A stretch of 64,000 nt of DNA from an uncultured Gammaproteobacteria bacterium (GCA_963773065.1 CAVYZN010000016.1:64001-128000), one strand, 5' to 3'; numbered from the stretch's first letter, positions 33,694-44,370 are shown. The notes: generated from the sequence alone by a model not told the origin. Made by a program: numbers and translations.

Positions 33694-34827
33694 TCAGGGT
33701 TTGGCCGCGGCCGCCGGCGCGGACGCGGGCACCGCCTTGGCGCTGGCGCCCGGTTGGACCTTCTGCAGCCCATCGACGATCACCCGGTCGCCGCCGCCGA
33801 GATCGCCCGTGACGATCCATTCGGTACGAGTCATGCCGCGGGTCTGGAGCCGGCGCTGGGCTACCTTGCCGTCGGCGTCGACGACCAGGGCGTAGGCGCC
33901 CTGGTCGTCGCGCGCCACCGCGGCCTGGGGCAGCAGGTAGGCATTGTCGATCGCGCCGCTCGTGAGTCGCAGGTTGACGAACATGCCCGGCAGCAGCGAG
34001 TGGTCCGGATTGGGCAGGATGGCGCGCAGCGACACGGCGCCCGTGCCGGGGTCGACGGCCAGGTCGGAGAAATCGAGCGTGCCGGCGTGCGGGTAGGGCG
34101 TGCCGTCCGGCAGCAGCACTTCCACCCGCGCCGGGTGTTCCGCGGTCGAGCTGCCCCGCAGTTCCCGCAATTCGGCCACCGACTGGCTGAAGTTCACATA
34201 GACGGGATCGATCTGCTCGATGGTGGTCAGTTGCGTCGCCTCGCCCTGACCCACCAGCGCGCCCTCGGTCACGAGCGCACGGCCGGCGCGCCCGGCGATG
34301 GGCGCGGTGACGGTGGCATAGCCCAGATCCAGGCGCGCGCTTTCCACGTCGGCCTGCGCCTGCTTGACCGCCGCCGCCGTGCTGCGCTCGGCGGCAAGCG
34401 CGTTATCCCGGTCCTGGGTCGAGATCAATTGCTTCTGCGCGAGCTCGCGATAGCGTTTGGCGGTCTGCGCGGCATTGGTGGCATCGGCCTGCGCCTTGGC
34501 GAGGGCGGCATCCCTGGCGTGCAGCGCCGCCTCCAGCGGCGCGGGATCGATCTGGTAGAGGACCTCGTCCTGCCGCACGTCGGTGCCTTCGGTATAGACG
34601 CGTTTGAGGATGATGCCGGCCACCCGCGCGCGCACCTGCGCGACCCGGGTCGGCGCCAGGCGGCCGACGAGTTCACGGGTCAGCGGCACGGTCTGGGGAT
34701 GGACCTCGATGACCGCGACTTCCGGCGGTGGCGGCGTCTGAGGATTCTGGGACGTTGCCTGGTCGCAGGCGGCAAGCAGCAGCAGGCCCGCGACTAACAG
34801 TGCCCTGCGCAGGAATTGTCGTTTCAT
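33694..34827 (-). CDS. RND periplasmic adaptor lipoprotein (AcrA/MexA-like)
   Basis: Lipobox LAAC, VRARVAGII, VTAPIAGR, LLPGMFV. Confidence 0.94.
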   Translation of the reverse strand: MKRQFLRRALLVAGLLLLAACDQATSQNPQTPPPPEVAVIEVHPQTVPLTRELVGRLAPTRVAQVRARVAGIILKRVYTEGTDVRQDEVLYQIDPAPLEAALHARDAALAKAQADATNAAQTAKRYRELAQKQLISTQDRDNALAAERSTAAAVKQAQADVESARLDLGYATVTAPIAGRAGRALVTEGALVGQGEATQLTTIEQIDPVYVNFSQSVAELRELRGSSTAEHPARVEVLLPDGTPYPHAGTLDFSDLAVDPGTGAVSLRAILPNPDHSLLPGMFVNLRLTSGAIDNAYLLPQAAVARDDQGAYALVVDADGKVAQRRLQTRGMTRTEWIVTGDLGGGDRVIVDGLQKVQPGASAKAVPASAPAAAAKP

Positions 34828-35030
34828 ATTGTATCCTTGCAAGGCGCGAACGGGATCGGTGCAACGGCGCCCGTTATTTTAGTCCGCCGCCGGTTTCGAT
34901 AGGTTCCGTGCCTGATGGGTGGTGGCAGTCGCGGGTCAGGGCGTCATTCTAGCATTCGCCTTCGCGGCCCGTCAGTGGATCGGACGATGTTACGAAGGCC
35001 TTCATTAGCAGCGCCACTTTGTCGGGGCGC

Positions 35031-35131
35031 GGTCCGGGATGGGCATGCCGGAACACGCCGTGTATACATCCCTGTAGGCTCGGGTGCCGCCGTCCTGGCG
35101 GCACACGGTTCCGGCAAGCCCATCCCGGACC
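35031..35131 (-). repeat. 101-bp hairpin repeat with GGA loops (copy 2)
   Basis: Core is the reverse complement of 30350-30450. Confidence 0.85.
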
Positions 35132-35416
35132 GCGTGGCGATTCGCTAGGATGATTGATCGATCCCCAGATCCGTTGTGCGAAATCGGGAACTCGGGAATC
35201 AGCTTGAATTCGGCTTTGATGGAACGGTCATTGCAGGGTTTTCATCAATCGAGTCCAGTCCGCCGCCGTTCCTCCAACTCGCCCGTCACGACTGTTGGTG
35301 GCGCCGCAACATCCTGCGGTTGCCGCCGCCAGCCGTCACCTGGTCGAGCGCCGGGTTAGAAAATCCTATCCCGTTATTTCAGGCAGTTACGTCGCCGTCA
35401 TCGGTTGCGCCTGGCT

Positions 35417-35432
35417 TGGCACGGATGCTGCA
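35417..35432 (+). promoter_or_regulatory. Putative sigma-54 promoter
   Basis: TGGCACGGATGCTGCA (GG-N10-GC), IHF-like TTTCAGGCAGTTA just upstream, GGAGG RBS downstream. Confidence 0.55.
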
Positions 35433-35474
35433 CCGTCAGGGGTGAGAGCAGCACTGAAGCGGAGGGCACACACC

Positions 35475-35692
35475 ATGATCACCTTGACGCCTTACCTGGC
35501 AAAAGCCATCGAAATTGCCGCGGCCTGCGTCGAGCGGGAGTTCCGGGTGCGCCGCCGCCTCGATCCCCAGATCACTGCCGAGGAGGTCTGGGCGGGCGTC
35601 GGTCTCGACGGCCGCATCGTGATCGGCCATCCCTGCTCCCGAGCGGGCAGGGCTTTTACGTCAACTACCAGGGTGAGTGGCAGGAGGTATGA
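35475..35692 (+). CDS. Small hypothetical protein (probable frameshift)
   Basis: MITLTPYL..GRIVIGHP, continuing LLPSGQGFYVNYQGEWQEV* in a shifted frame, with ATGA coupling to the next ORF. Confidence 0.45.
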
Positions 35693-35862
35693 ACATGTAC
35701 ACACGTTATGAACACAGCGGCGCCCGTGCGCCGGAGCGCTACGACTTCACGCAGAGCGGTTGGTCCGAGTTTGCCGAGGCCGCCGATGTGCCCGAGGCGC
35801 CCAGCGCCTGGACGCTGGAGGATTTCGCGGACATCCTGCCGGCCGCCGGAGGGTGGCAATGA
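35689..35862 (+). CDS. Small acidic hypothetical protein
   Basis: GGAGG RBS; ATGA overlaps at both ends. Confidence 0.45.
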   Translation: MNMYTRYEHSGARAPERYDFTQSGWSEFAEAADVPEAPSAWTLEDFADILPAAGGWQ

Positions 35863-36513
35863 GACCCCGCCGGTTGCGGCTGCCGGCGCTCGCCGGCATG
35901 CTGCTCGCGGCAACTCTTGCCAGCGCCTCCGGCCAAGCGCCGCTCGATCTGATCCACGCCGCCGTCGACCAGATCGCGGGCGGAACTTAAAGCCCGGCCG
36001 GAACTGCGCGGCGACCGCGCCGGGCTGCGCCGCCTGGTCGAGGAGCGCGTCGCCCCGCATTTCGACTTCGCGGCGCTTTCGCGCCTGGCGCTGGGCAAGC
36101 ACTGGCGCGCGGCGAGCCCCGCACAGCAGGCGCGCTTCACCGACGAGTTCCACCGCCTGCTGGTGCGCACCTATTCGGCTTACCTCGGTGACTACGACGG
36201 CGAGACGATCGAATATCAGGCGCAACCGGTTTCGGACGCGGGGCGCCGCGCCGGAGTCCTCACGCGCATCATCGCCCCGGGCCGTCCGCCGGTCACGGTG
36301 GAATACAGCCTGTACGCCGGGGCGGACGGCTGGAAGATCTACAACGTCAGCGTCGAGGGCATCAGCCTGGTCACGACCTACCGCAGCAGCTTCGACGAGG
36401 AGATCCGGCGCGAGAGTCTCGATGGTCTGATCGACACCCTCGCCGCGCGCAACGCCGGGGAGTGCATGGCCGGACAGTCCGCGCCGGGGCAGGCGGCGAG
36501 CGCCGCGTGCTGA
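35859..36513 (+). CDS. MlaC/Ttg2D-family periplasmic lipid-binding protein, disrupted near 35990
   Basis: Signal peptide, PHFDFAALSRLALGKHWR, LLVRTYS, WKIYNVSVEGISLVTTYRSSF. Confidence 0.8.
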
Positions 36514-36676
36514 GGCGGGACTGAACACGCGGCTGGTGGAACAACGGGATTTCTGTGGGATGATTTTTCAGTCCATCAAGCATACCTTTGGTCCGCAAAC
36601 GGTGCATCACTGCACCGCTACTCCCGCTTTCGTGGGGGATGACTTGTTCAGATTCACCATGTTCGACAGACTTTCA

Positions 36677-36805
36677 GAAGCTCTGATTAAGTCCGTTCGT
36701 GGTGAGCCTGTCGAACCATGAACGGACGAATCGCCTGACATTTATGGCATTTCCCGTTCACCCTTCGACAAGCTCACGGCGAACGGGAGACTTGATCAGA
36801 GCTTC
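36677..36805. repeat. MITE-like element carrying a REP doublet
   Basis: 16/17-bp IR GAAGCTCTGATTAAGTC / GACTTGATCAGAGCTTC; internal GTGAGCCTGTCGAA / TTCGACAAGCTCAC hairpins. Confidence 0.7.
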
Positions 36806-36908
36806 CTTTCAGGGAAATAGGCTTTATTCTTTCGCTACTCGAGGGCATGATCATCACGTATGAGTCCGGGCGCTGGAACAAGGTGATTCAAACAACGAGG
36901 TTGCATGC

Positions 36909-37139
36909 ATGGAACAGATTGTCAATTTACATATCGAGAAATTGCCCGAGGGGATGTATCTGGCGACATCGGATGAGATCCCCGGCCTGGTGGCCCAGGG
37001 TCGCACGGTGACCGAGACCCTGGAGATTGCCCGCGATGTGGCGAAGAAGCTGCTGGAAGCCCAGGCCGAACGCCAGGGGCAACCGGTACTGAAAGAGGCC
37101 GGGGATCTTTTCGACTACCCGCTGGTTGTCAGCGGCTAA
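36909..37139 (+). CDS. HicB-like antitoxin
   Basis: YLATSDEIPGLVAQGRTVTETLEIARD. Confidence 0.82.
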   Translation: MEQIVNLHIEKLPEGMYLATSDEIPGLVAQGRTVTETLEIARDVAKKLLEAQAERQGQPVLKEAGDLFDYPLVVSG

Positions 37140-37246
37140 ATGGGACGCCTGGCCGGCTTTCGTTACCAGCAGATTGTCAAACGCCTGAAGGTACTCTGCG
37201 GGCTATCCTGAAACAGGCGGGTATTTCAACGGAGGATTTTTTTTAA
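37140..37246 (+). pseudogene. HicA toxin with an internal deletion
   Basis: MGRLAGFRYQQIVKRLK joined out of frame to PEGTLRAILKQAGISTEDF; the central His-containing region is missing. Confidence 0.7.
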
Positions 37247-37349
37247 AGGTGAAATAAAGCCCGGCTGAACGATCCTGCCACACGGCGAGGCCGCCGTGAC
37301 TTTCGATCAGTTGGCACGCCCCGCGGTTCTTCGCGACGATCCGCCAACG

Positions 37350-37976
37350 CTAACGCATCACGCCAAGAGTCAACCGCATGATAAGCATGGACTGGGATTT
37401 CACGCCACACTTGTCATAAATCCGCTTCAAGTGCGATTTGACCGTATTCCGGCTAATTCCCAGTTCTTTAACCACGTTGTCTATGCTGCCGGTGATGAAC
37501 AACTGCCGGCAGACAGCCATCTCGGCATCGGTCATATGAAAGTAATCGCGCAATATGGCGGAGGGTAGTTCCGCTTTTTGATCCGGATCGTGGATGGATA
37601 CTATCCATACGCCATGATGCCGGGGTGGATCGTCATCCGATTGATTGCATAACGGACGCGCAATCACCTGGTAGGCCATCTTGCCCGACGGTCGTTCCAC
37701 TCGCAGGACAACGGTGCAAGGTAAATCTTCCTTACCTGCCCGATTCAAAGACTCGTTGATTCGGTTCTTGAGATCATCCGCACCCCACTGATTCAACGCG
37801 AGGAAACCATGCGTGAGCCCGATTCCGTCCGATGTGGAAAATAGCCTGGCTGCCGTCTCATTATGGAGTATGACCTTCATCGACTCTGACACGATCACAA
37901 CCCCGTACGGGATATGATCCAGGGTCTGCGTGGCAAGGTACTCTACAGGTTCGCATTTCAGACTATACGTATTCAT
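37350..37976 (-). CDS. PAS/LuxR-type HTH regulator
   Basis: LDHIPYGVVIV..N, MTDAEMAV..LGISRNTVKSHLKRIYDK. Confidence 0.85.
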   Translation of the reverse strand: MNTYSLKCEPVEYLATQTLDHIPYGVVIVSESMKVILHNETAARLFSTSDGIGLTHGFLALNQWGADDLKNRINESLNRAGKEDLPCTVVLRVERPSGKMAYQVIARPLCNQSDDDPPRHHGVWIVSIHDPDQKAELPSAILRDYFHMTDAEMAVCRQLFITGSIDNVVKELGISRNTVKSHLKRIYDKCGVKSQSMLIMRLTLGVMR

Positions 37977-38079
37977 ACGTATTCGTTGGTCCCATATCGC
38001 TTCTTTTTCACCATGCTTTGTGAGTTAAGCCTGCAATGACGTTTTCACTATCAATGCTAAGAACAGAAGAATTTCAAAA

Positions 38080-38099
38080 CATCACCCAAATGGGTGATG
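38080..38099. promoter_or_regulatory. Palindromic operator candidate
   Basis: CATCACCCA-AA-TGGGTGATG between the divergent regulator and the protease. Confidence 0.5.
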
Positions 38100-38269
38100 C
38101 GTCATCGGCGGGAGTCTGACTAGATTATCAGCGTGGAAATAGTGCATTCACATTTACGCGACAGAACGGCTGTTGCCGCCTTAGTAGCCCCCTCCGTAAG
38201 AATAGTTGTCACTGTTGTCTATAACGCCAAGAGTAAGTGGGAGGCGGAAGGTGACGAAAGTTGTCGAGG

Positions 38270-38660
38270 TATTCGCAGGATGCCTGCACCGGGTGTGCTG
38301 CACCACTCCGACCGGGGAAGCCAGTACGCCAGCGGAGCGTTCCAGGACAAGCTCGCGGACTACGGCATGACGTGCTCGATTAGCCGCAGGGGGAACTGCT
38401 GGGATAACACGCCGACGGAAAGCTGGTTCAACAGTTTCAAGAATGAGCGGACGCATGGCACGTATTACGCCACGCGTGCCGAAGCAACGGCCGATGCCTT
38501 CGATTACATCGAGGTGTTCTACAACCGCAAACACCGTCATTCGACCCGCGGTTACAAGGTACCTATCCAGTAGCTTGACGACTGGATCAGTGTTCAACAC
38601 AGGAATGAGCTGGTTGCATGAAGCAACCCGGTTGGAAGACGAAAAACCGGAGGAACCTCA
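38270..38660 (+). mobile_element. IS3-family remnant (OrfB 3' part and right end)
   Basis: HHSDRGSQYAS, SRRGNCWDN..ESWFNSFKNE, YIEVFYNR..HS; ends ..GAACCTCA. Confidence 0.85.
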
Positions 38661-38686
38661 CTACAACGAAAAACAGGAGAACATGT

Positions 38687-41290
38687 ATGAACCGTATCTT
38701 CTTCAGTCTGGCTCGTAACACCCTGCTCGGTGCAGCGCTGACGACACTTTGCGCCTGTGGAGGCGGTGGCGGTGGTGGCAGCGGTGACACGGGGGGCGTG
38801 AATCCCCCGCCCTCCACGGGCATCACCCTGAGCGGCACGATTGGTGTGCCCGCCGGTATCTCGGTCGACAACGATGTCAACGATCCACACGCGCTCTATG
38901 CCGAGAATGACAGCCCCGCCTCGGCGCAGTCCATCGCCAATCCGACGATGGTCGGCGGTTATGCGAACAGCCCGGGGGCCGGAAATTCAGGTCGCTCGCA
39001 GGTCGCGGGGGATGTGAGTGACTTCTATCAGGTCACCCTGAGCGCCAACCAGACGCTGCTGCTGTCGTTGGCCGACCCCGATGCCGGCGATTTGGATCTC
39101 TACCTCTGGGACAGCAACGGCACCACCATCCTCGATGCCTCGCTCAACACCGGACCGTTGGAGTCGCTCACCGTCGCCGCGGCCGGCACCTATTTCGTGG
39201 AGGTGCAGGCCAAGCGTGGCGCGACCAACTACACCCTGGGCGTCGGTCAGAACGTACCGGCGGCCATCGGCGATCTGGTGTTCGGTGCCGAGTTTGTGCC
39301 GGGCGAGGTGGTCGCGCGCTTCCGGGATGACCGCGCCTCCTTCAGCACGGCCTCGAGCGGATTGGCCCGCGTTCAAGCCCTGGGCCTGCAGCTCGAGGCC
39401 GGTGAGCCCGAGCGCGAAATGTTGCTCCAGGTGGGTGAGGAAGCGGACTTGCGCCGCGCCGCCTCGGTAACCGCTGATGCAGCCGATGCCGATACGGCGC
39501 GTCGGGCGGCCATCGCCGATTCTGAGCTGCAGCGCAAGTGGGACACGTTGCAGGCGATCAAGGCCTTGCGTCTGCGTCCCGATGTGGCCCTTGCCGAGCC
39601 GAACTTCATCCGTAGGGCCGATGCCACTCCCAACGATGAGTTCTATCGGTATCAATGGCACTATCCGATGATCAACGTCTCCGGCGCCTGGGATCTGGTT
39701 GCTGGCCGTGGCGATGTCGTCGTGGCGGTGATCGACACCGGCGTGCTGCTGGGTCATCCGGATCTGCAGGGCCAATTGCTGCCGGGCTTTGACTTTATCC
39801 GCGATCCGAACAACGCCCAGGATGGCGATGGCATCGATAGCAATCCCGATGATCCGGGAGATGATCGCTACAATGGCAACAGCTCCTTTCACGGTACCCA
39901 TGTCTCCGGCACGATTGCCGCGGCCACCAACAACAACGTGGGTGTGGCCGGCATCGCTCCCATGGCCAATATCATGCCACTGCGCGTGCTCGGCGCCAAA
40001 GGCGTCGGCTACTCCTATGACATCCTCCAGGCGGTGCGCTATGCGGCCGGTCTCAGCAATGATTCCGGCACCCTGCCGGCGCGCCGCGCCGACATCATCA
40101 ATCTGAGTCTGAGCGGCGCCAGCGCCTCCCAGGCCGAGCAGGATGTGTACACGCAGGCGCGCGCCCGGGGTGTGATCATCGCGGCTGCCGCCGGCAACAG
40201 CTCTAGCTCGGTCCCACAATACCCTGCCTCCTATGCCGGCGTCGTCGCGGTCAGCGCTGTCAATATCGGTCGCACCCTGGCCCACTACTCCAATTTCGGC
40301 GCCAGCGTCGATGTGGCCGCTCCTGGGGGTGATTCCGGTGACTAAAATGGCGACGGTGCGCAGGATATGGTCATGAGCACCGGTGGCAGCGATGCGTACG
40401 GAACCATCGCCTATACGTATCGACCCATGGCCGGCACGTCCATGGCCATGCCGCACGTCGTCGGCGTGGCCGCCCTCATGAAGGCCGTCAACCCGGCACT
40501 GACGCCGGATCAGTTCGATGCCCTGCTCGCACGCGGTGATCTGACCATCGATCTTGGCACCCCCGGCCGTGACGATTACTACGGCTACGGGCTGATCGAT
40601 GCCCGCAAGGCGGTGCAAGCCGCCATGACCGGTACCCAGCCGCCGGTCAGCCCGCACCTGGTGGTTGCACCCGCCTCGCTCAACTTCGGCGACGACACGA
40701 CCGTCGCCACCGTGGCACTGAGCAACGACGGGGGTGGCTCCCTGTCCGTGAATCCTCCGACCGACGACGCGACCTGGCTCAGCGTAAGCCCCGCGCAGGC
40801 CGGCAACCCGATGGGCGCCTATGTGGTAACTGTGAACCGCAGCGGCCTGGGCGCTGGCACGTACTCGGCCACGATCACCTTCAGTTCTTCGGCCAATACG
40901 GTGAGTGTGCCCGTGATCATGCAGGTCACGAATCATCCGCTGTTCGGTGACGCCGGCTACCACTACGTGCTGCTCATCGACTCGGCGAGCGGGGAAACGG
41001 TCGATCAGTTCGAGGCCCAGGCCAGCAATGGCGTCTACGCCTACCGCTTCGTCGATGTCGCACCGGGACGCTATGAGATCTTCGCCGGCACCGACGCCAA
41101 CAACGACACCTACATCTGTGATCCGGGCGAGGCATGCGGTGGCTATACCACCCTCGACCAGCCCAAGGACCTGGATGTCAGTGACTCACTCAGTGGACTG
41201 GACTTCAGCACCGGCTTCGAGCTGAGCGTTCCGGCGGCGGCTGACACCGGGGCGCCGCAGCAGTCCCACGCGCTGCGGCGCCATCACTAA
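38687..41290 (+). CDS. S8 subtilisin-family lipoprotein protease, with an in-frame TAA at 40343-40345
   Basis: Lipobox LCAC-GGG, PPC-like domain, VAVIDTG, HGTHVSGT, AAGN, AGTSMAMPHV in the same frame after the stop; BACON-like tail. Confidence 0.9.
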
Positions 41291-41315
41291 GACCAGTGCC
41301 ATGGGAGACGACCTT

Positions 41316-41837
41316 ATGAACACACTGGCCATACTCTCCCTCACGGCCGTGGCGGTCCTCGCCACGGCCTGTGGGCAAACCACGGAGCCCGGCGCCGGAA
41401 CCGAAGTCGTGACTGCCGAGGTAATCTACCGCACCGCACAATGCAGCGGCGGCATACGGGAACCGGCCATGACCTGGATCGAGGATGCCACGGCCCTCAC
41501 CCAACTGCTTGCGCGCCTCGACCCGCCGTTCCCGGGTAGCAGCGCCCCTTCGATACCGGTGGTCGACTTCGCTCACGAGCGCGTACTGCTCATCGACATG
41601 GGTGAGCACCCCACCGCCGGTTATGGCCTCGCGCTCGGCGCACCCGCGCCCACGCGCGAGGACGGTCGCCTCACTATCACCGTGCAGTGGACCGAACCGC
41701 CACCCGGGGCCATCACCGCGCAGGTGCTCACCCACCCCTGCCTGCTGCTCAAGTTCCCGCGCCTGAACACAACCACCGTGCGGGTCGTGGACCAGCACGG
41801 ACAAACCCGTATCCAAACCCATACCAGCGGAGAATGA
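41316..41837 (+). CDS. PrcB C-terminal-domain lipoprotein (protease complex subunit)
   Basis: Lipobox ATAC, DMGEHPTAGYGL, PPPGAITAQVLTHPCLLL. Confidence 0.8.
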   Translation: MNTLAILSLTAVAVLATACGQTTEPGAGTEVVTAEVIYRTAQCSGGIREPAMTWIEDATALTQLLARLDPPFPGSSAPSIPVVDFAHERVLLIDMGEHPTAGYGLALGAPAPTREDGRLTITVQWTEPPPGAITAQVLTHPCLLLKFPRLNTTTVRVVDQHGQTRIQTHTSGE

Positions 41838-41974
41838 ACTTGACTTCGTAATGCTGTCTTTGCTTCTTTATACCTGCATCTCCTTCTCAATAAATATCAT
41901 AGGGAAAAACCGGTTCGGGCTCTAGGCGATAAGCCCAAGGTCTCCAGTCAACCGCCCGCAGTCCAGACGGCGCC

Positions 41975-42255
41975 TTGACCGTTATGTAGAGGAACAGAGT
42001 TTGAACCAGAGGTAAGACACGCCACGATTGCGAAGGCGAAGACAACACGATGCCCAACAGGTAAGACCGACGTCAGGAAACTCCGTTATATGTAGTGGCC
42101 AATAAGGCCGACACCCTATGAGAAACCCGGCGTGCGCATTGCATTATGGCTCGAGCCAAAGCATGGCTCACTCAGAGGCCGAATAGATACACGCAATCCT
42201 TACCCCTAATGGCAAAGTCAGATTTTCCCCTTGCAAAACGGGTGGAGTCCATAGA
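41975..42255 (+). mobile_element. Orphan right end and non-coding region of an IS1111-type element
   Basis: ACAGGTAAGACCG..GAGGCCGAATAGATA..GCAATC..CTTGCAAAACGGGTGGAGTCCAT-AGA resembles IS1111 right ends as I recall them; no transposase. Confidence 0.55.
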
Positions 42256-42368
42256 TACCCAAACGGGTAGGGCGCTTCAGTCAGCGGGGCGCAATATGGT
42301 CTTCGATGATTGATAGAGAGGATAAATACATTGGTTGAGTGGCCAGAAGTAAAAATAGCGGGTGAATT

Positions 42369-42566
42369 GTGAGCCTGATCATAAGACAGACGGGCAGTCG
42401 TCGTTTCGATTTACCTGCCGAATTTCCGTTAGCGGATAGTCAGGGAGTTTTTGTGATTCAAGATCGAAGACGATTGCCTGACCGACGAACGGCAATGCAT
42501 GACCTTAACGATCTAAAGGACATACTCTCGAAATTAGTTGGAAACATAGAGAACTCTTGGGGATAG
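42369..42566 (+). CDS. Small hypothetical protein with a DRR motif
   Basis: FPLADSQGVFVIQDRRRLPDRR. Confidence 0.5.
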   Translation: MSLIIRQTGSRRFDLPAEFPLADSQGVFVIQDRRRLPDRRTAMHDLNDLKDILSKLVGNIENSWG

Positions 42567-42872
42567 CCCACGTTTTGGTGTACTCGGATGGCCGTTGCGA
42601 GTATTGAATTGACAGGAATCAAGCTCTTTAATACGTATTTCTACGTATACATAACCACGTAATTACCAGCACCTACTCTGAAATTCTCATTGTGTATTAT
42701 TTCGCACGGGGATAATAATTCCCTTGCCTGACTTTAGGTAATTACCTGAAACAAGAAGTCCGAACCGGCAGGTAGGGTAAAGAACCCAGTCGTTAAGGAA
42801 TACCCCCGCCACGATAGAGGGCGAGTCTTTAACCGGCGGAAATAACAACACGAGAATCTAAGGAGTTCCCCC

Positions 42873-43037
42873 ATGCGTATGTCACGTCTGTATGGCGATT
42901 CGCTGGACGCGGCAGATGAAGCGCTCGGCGTTTCGCGGGAGACTGCCAAGACACACTTGACCCACGTGTTCCAGAAGACGGGTACGCACCGTTAGACTGA
43001 GATCGCCGCGCTCCTGTTGCGCTTGCCCGGAGCCTGA
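42873..43037 (+). pseudogene. LuxR-type HTH remnant
   Basis: GDSLDAADEALGVSRETAKTHLTHVFQKTGTHR*TEIAALLLRLP. Confidence 0.65.
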
Positions 43038-43068
43038 GTCTCGACGTCATACCTTCCCAAGGAGAGTC

Positions 43069-44240
43069 ATGCCCAAGATGCTGCACAGCGACGACCTCTC
43101 GGCCCTGAACGGCACGATCTATGACGCCGGCGCCGACCCTCGGCGATGGCCCGAGTGTCTGAGAGCACTGGCGCAAGCGGTTGGGTCGGAGCAGGCGCTC
43201 ATGCTTCACTCGGAGAAGGATTCAACACCCGGTCAGGAACTCTTCACGACGGGCCTCGACCTCGACGTGATCGCGCGTTGGAATGGTTGCAAGGATCACG
43301 TCGACGTATGGCTGCAGCACGTTTTCGAGGTTCCCGCCAACGCCGCCTATTTCTCCACCGATATCGTCAACTCCGATGTCTTGCACGGATCCGGGTTCCA
43401 CGCCGATATCTTGCGCCCGCTCGGCATCGAATACAGCCTGGGTGGCGTTACGGAGAACGGCTCGCTCCGTACGGGCTTTTTCGCCGTATACCGGAGCGCA
43501 CGCGCGGGCCCGTACACGGAGCGGGACAAGAACCTCTACCGCCTGCTGGTTCCCCACGTACGCCGCGCGCTGACATTAGGACGACAACTTGCACTCGTCC
43601 ACGACCGGGAGATGACCTTTCGCCAGGCCCTGGATTGCGCGCCCTTTGGCGTCATCGGCGTAGGCGCGAACGGCCGCGCACTCGTGGTCAATGCGGAGGC
43701 TAACCGGATTCTGTCCGAAGGGGACGGCATCACGCTGCGCTCCGATCGGATCAGGTTGTCGATCCACGAACAACAACTCGCGTTGGAGCGAATGGTCGCC
43801 GCGGCGATCCGGACCGCCGGCGGACGGTGGGTTCCGCAGGTGGATCATTGAGCGTTCCACGGCCGTCAGGCAAGCGCTCCTACCAGATCCTTATTTGCCC
43901 GCTTCGAGCAGAATCCGACGGACCTTGGCTGGATGTCGGCGGTGTCTGTCTCGTGCTGATGCACGATCCGGAACAGCACGCGAAACCCTCAGCCGTCTTG
44001 CTGCGTCGATGGTACGGCTTGACGGCGGCCGAAGCCCGCCTTTGCGCCGCACTGATGGAGTGCGGATCGATCGATGAAGTCGTCGAGCGGTTGGGGATCA
44101 GCCGCAACACCGCAAAGACTCATCTGGCACACGTGTTTGCCAAGGTGGGGGTCCGGTCGCAGACCGAGCTGCTGCGTGATCTGGCGCTGGGGCTGGCGCA
44201 TTCGGGATTCCTTTCTCGACAACACGCTGGCAGTCCATAG
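43069..44240 (+). CDS. PAS/LuxR-type HTH regulator, frameshift near 43830
   Basis: IYDAGADPRRW, LVPHVRRAL, YGLTAAEARL..LGISRNTAKTHLAHVFAKVG. Confidence 0.85.
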
Positions 44241-44370
44241 CATTTGGGATTGAGGAGACAGCGTTCCTCCCTGACCAGCCTGTGAAGAATCGATGACTGA
44301 CATCCTATCCCATTAACGTCGTTGGGGAATAGGTATACTGTCCCCTGAAAAGTAAAGCTGAAGATCCCCG

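Noticed and set aside
29054-34797. Long antisense ORFs (29054-30472, 32668-34797; also 13307-14764 and 38987-40963)
   Set aside because: Shadow frames of GC-rich genes with no recognisable motifs
40343-40345. Stop-codon readthrough or recoding in the S8 protease
   Set aside because: A single TAA with no recoding signal; a base error or nonsense mutation is more likely
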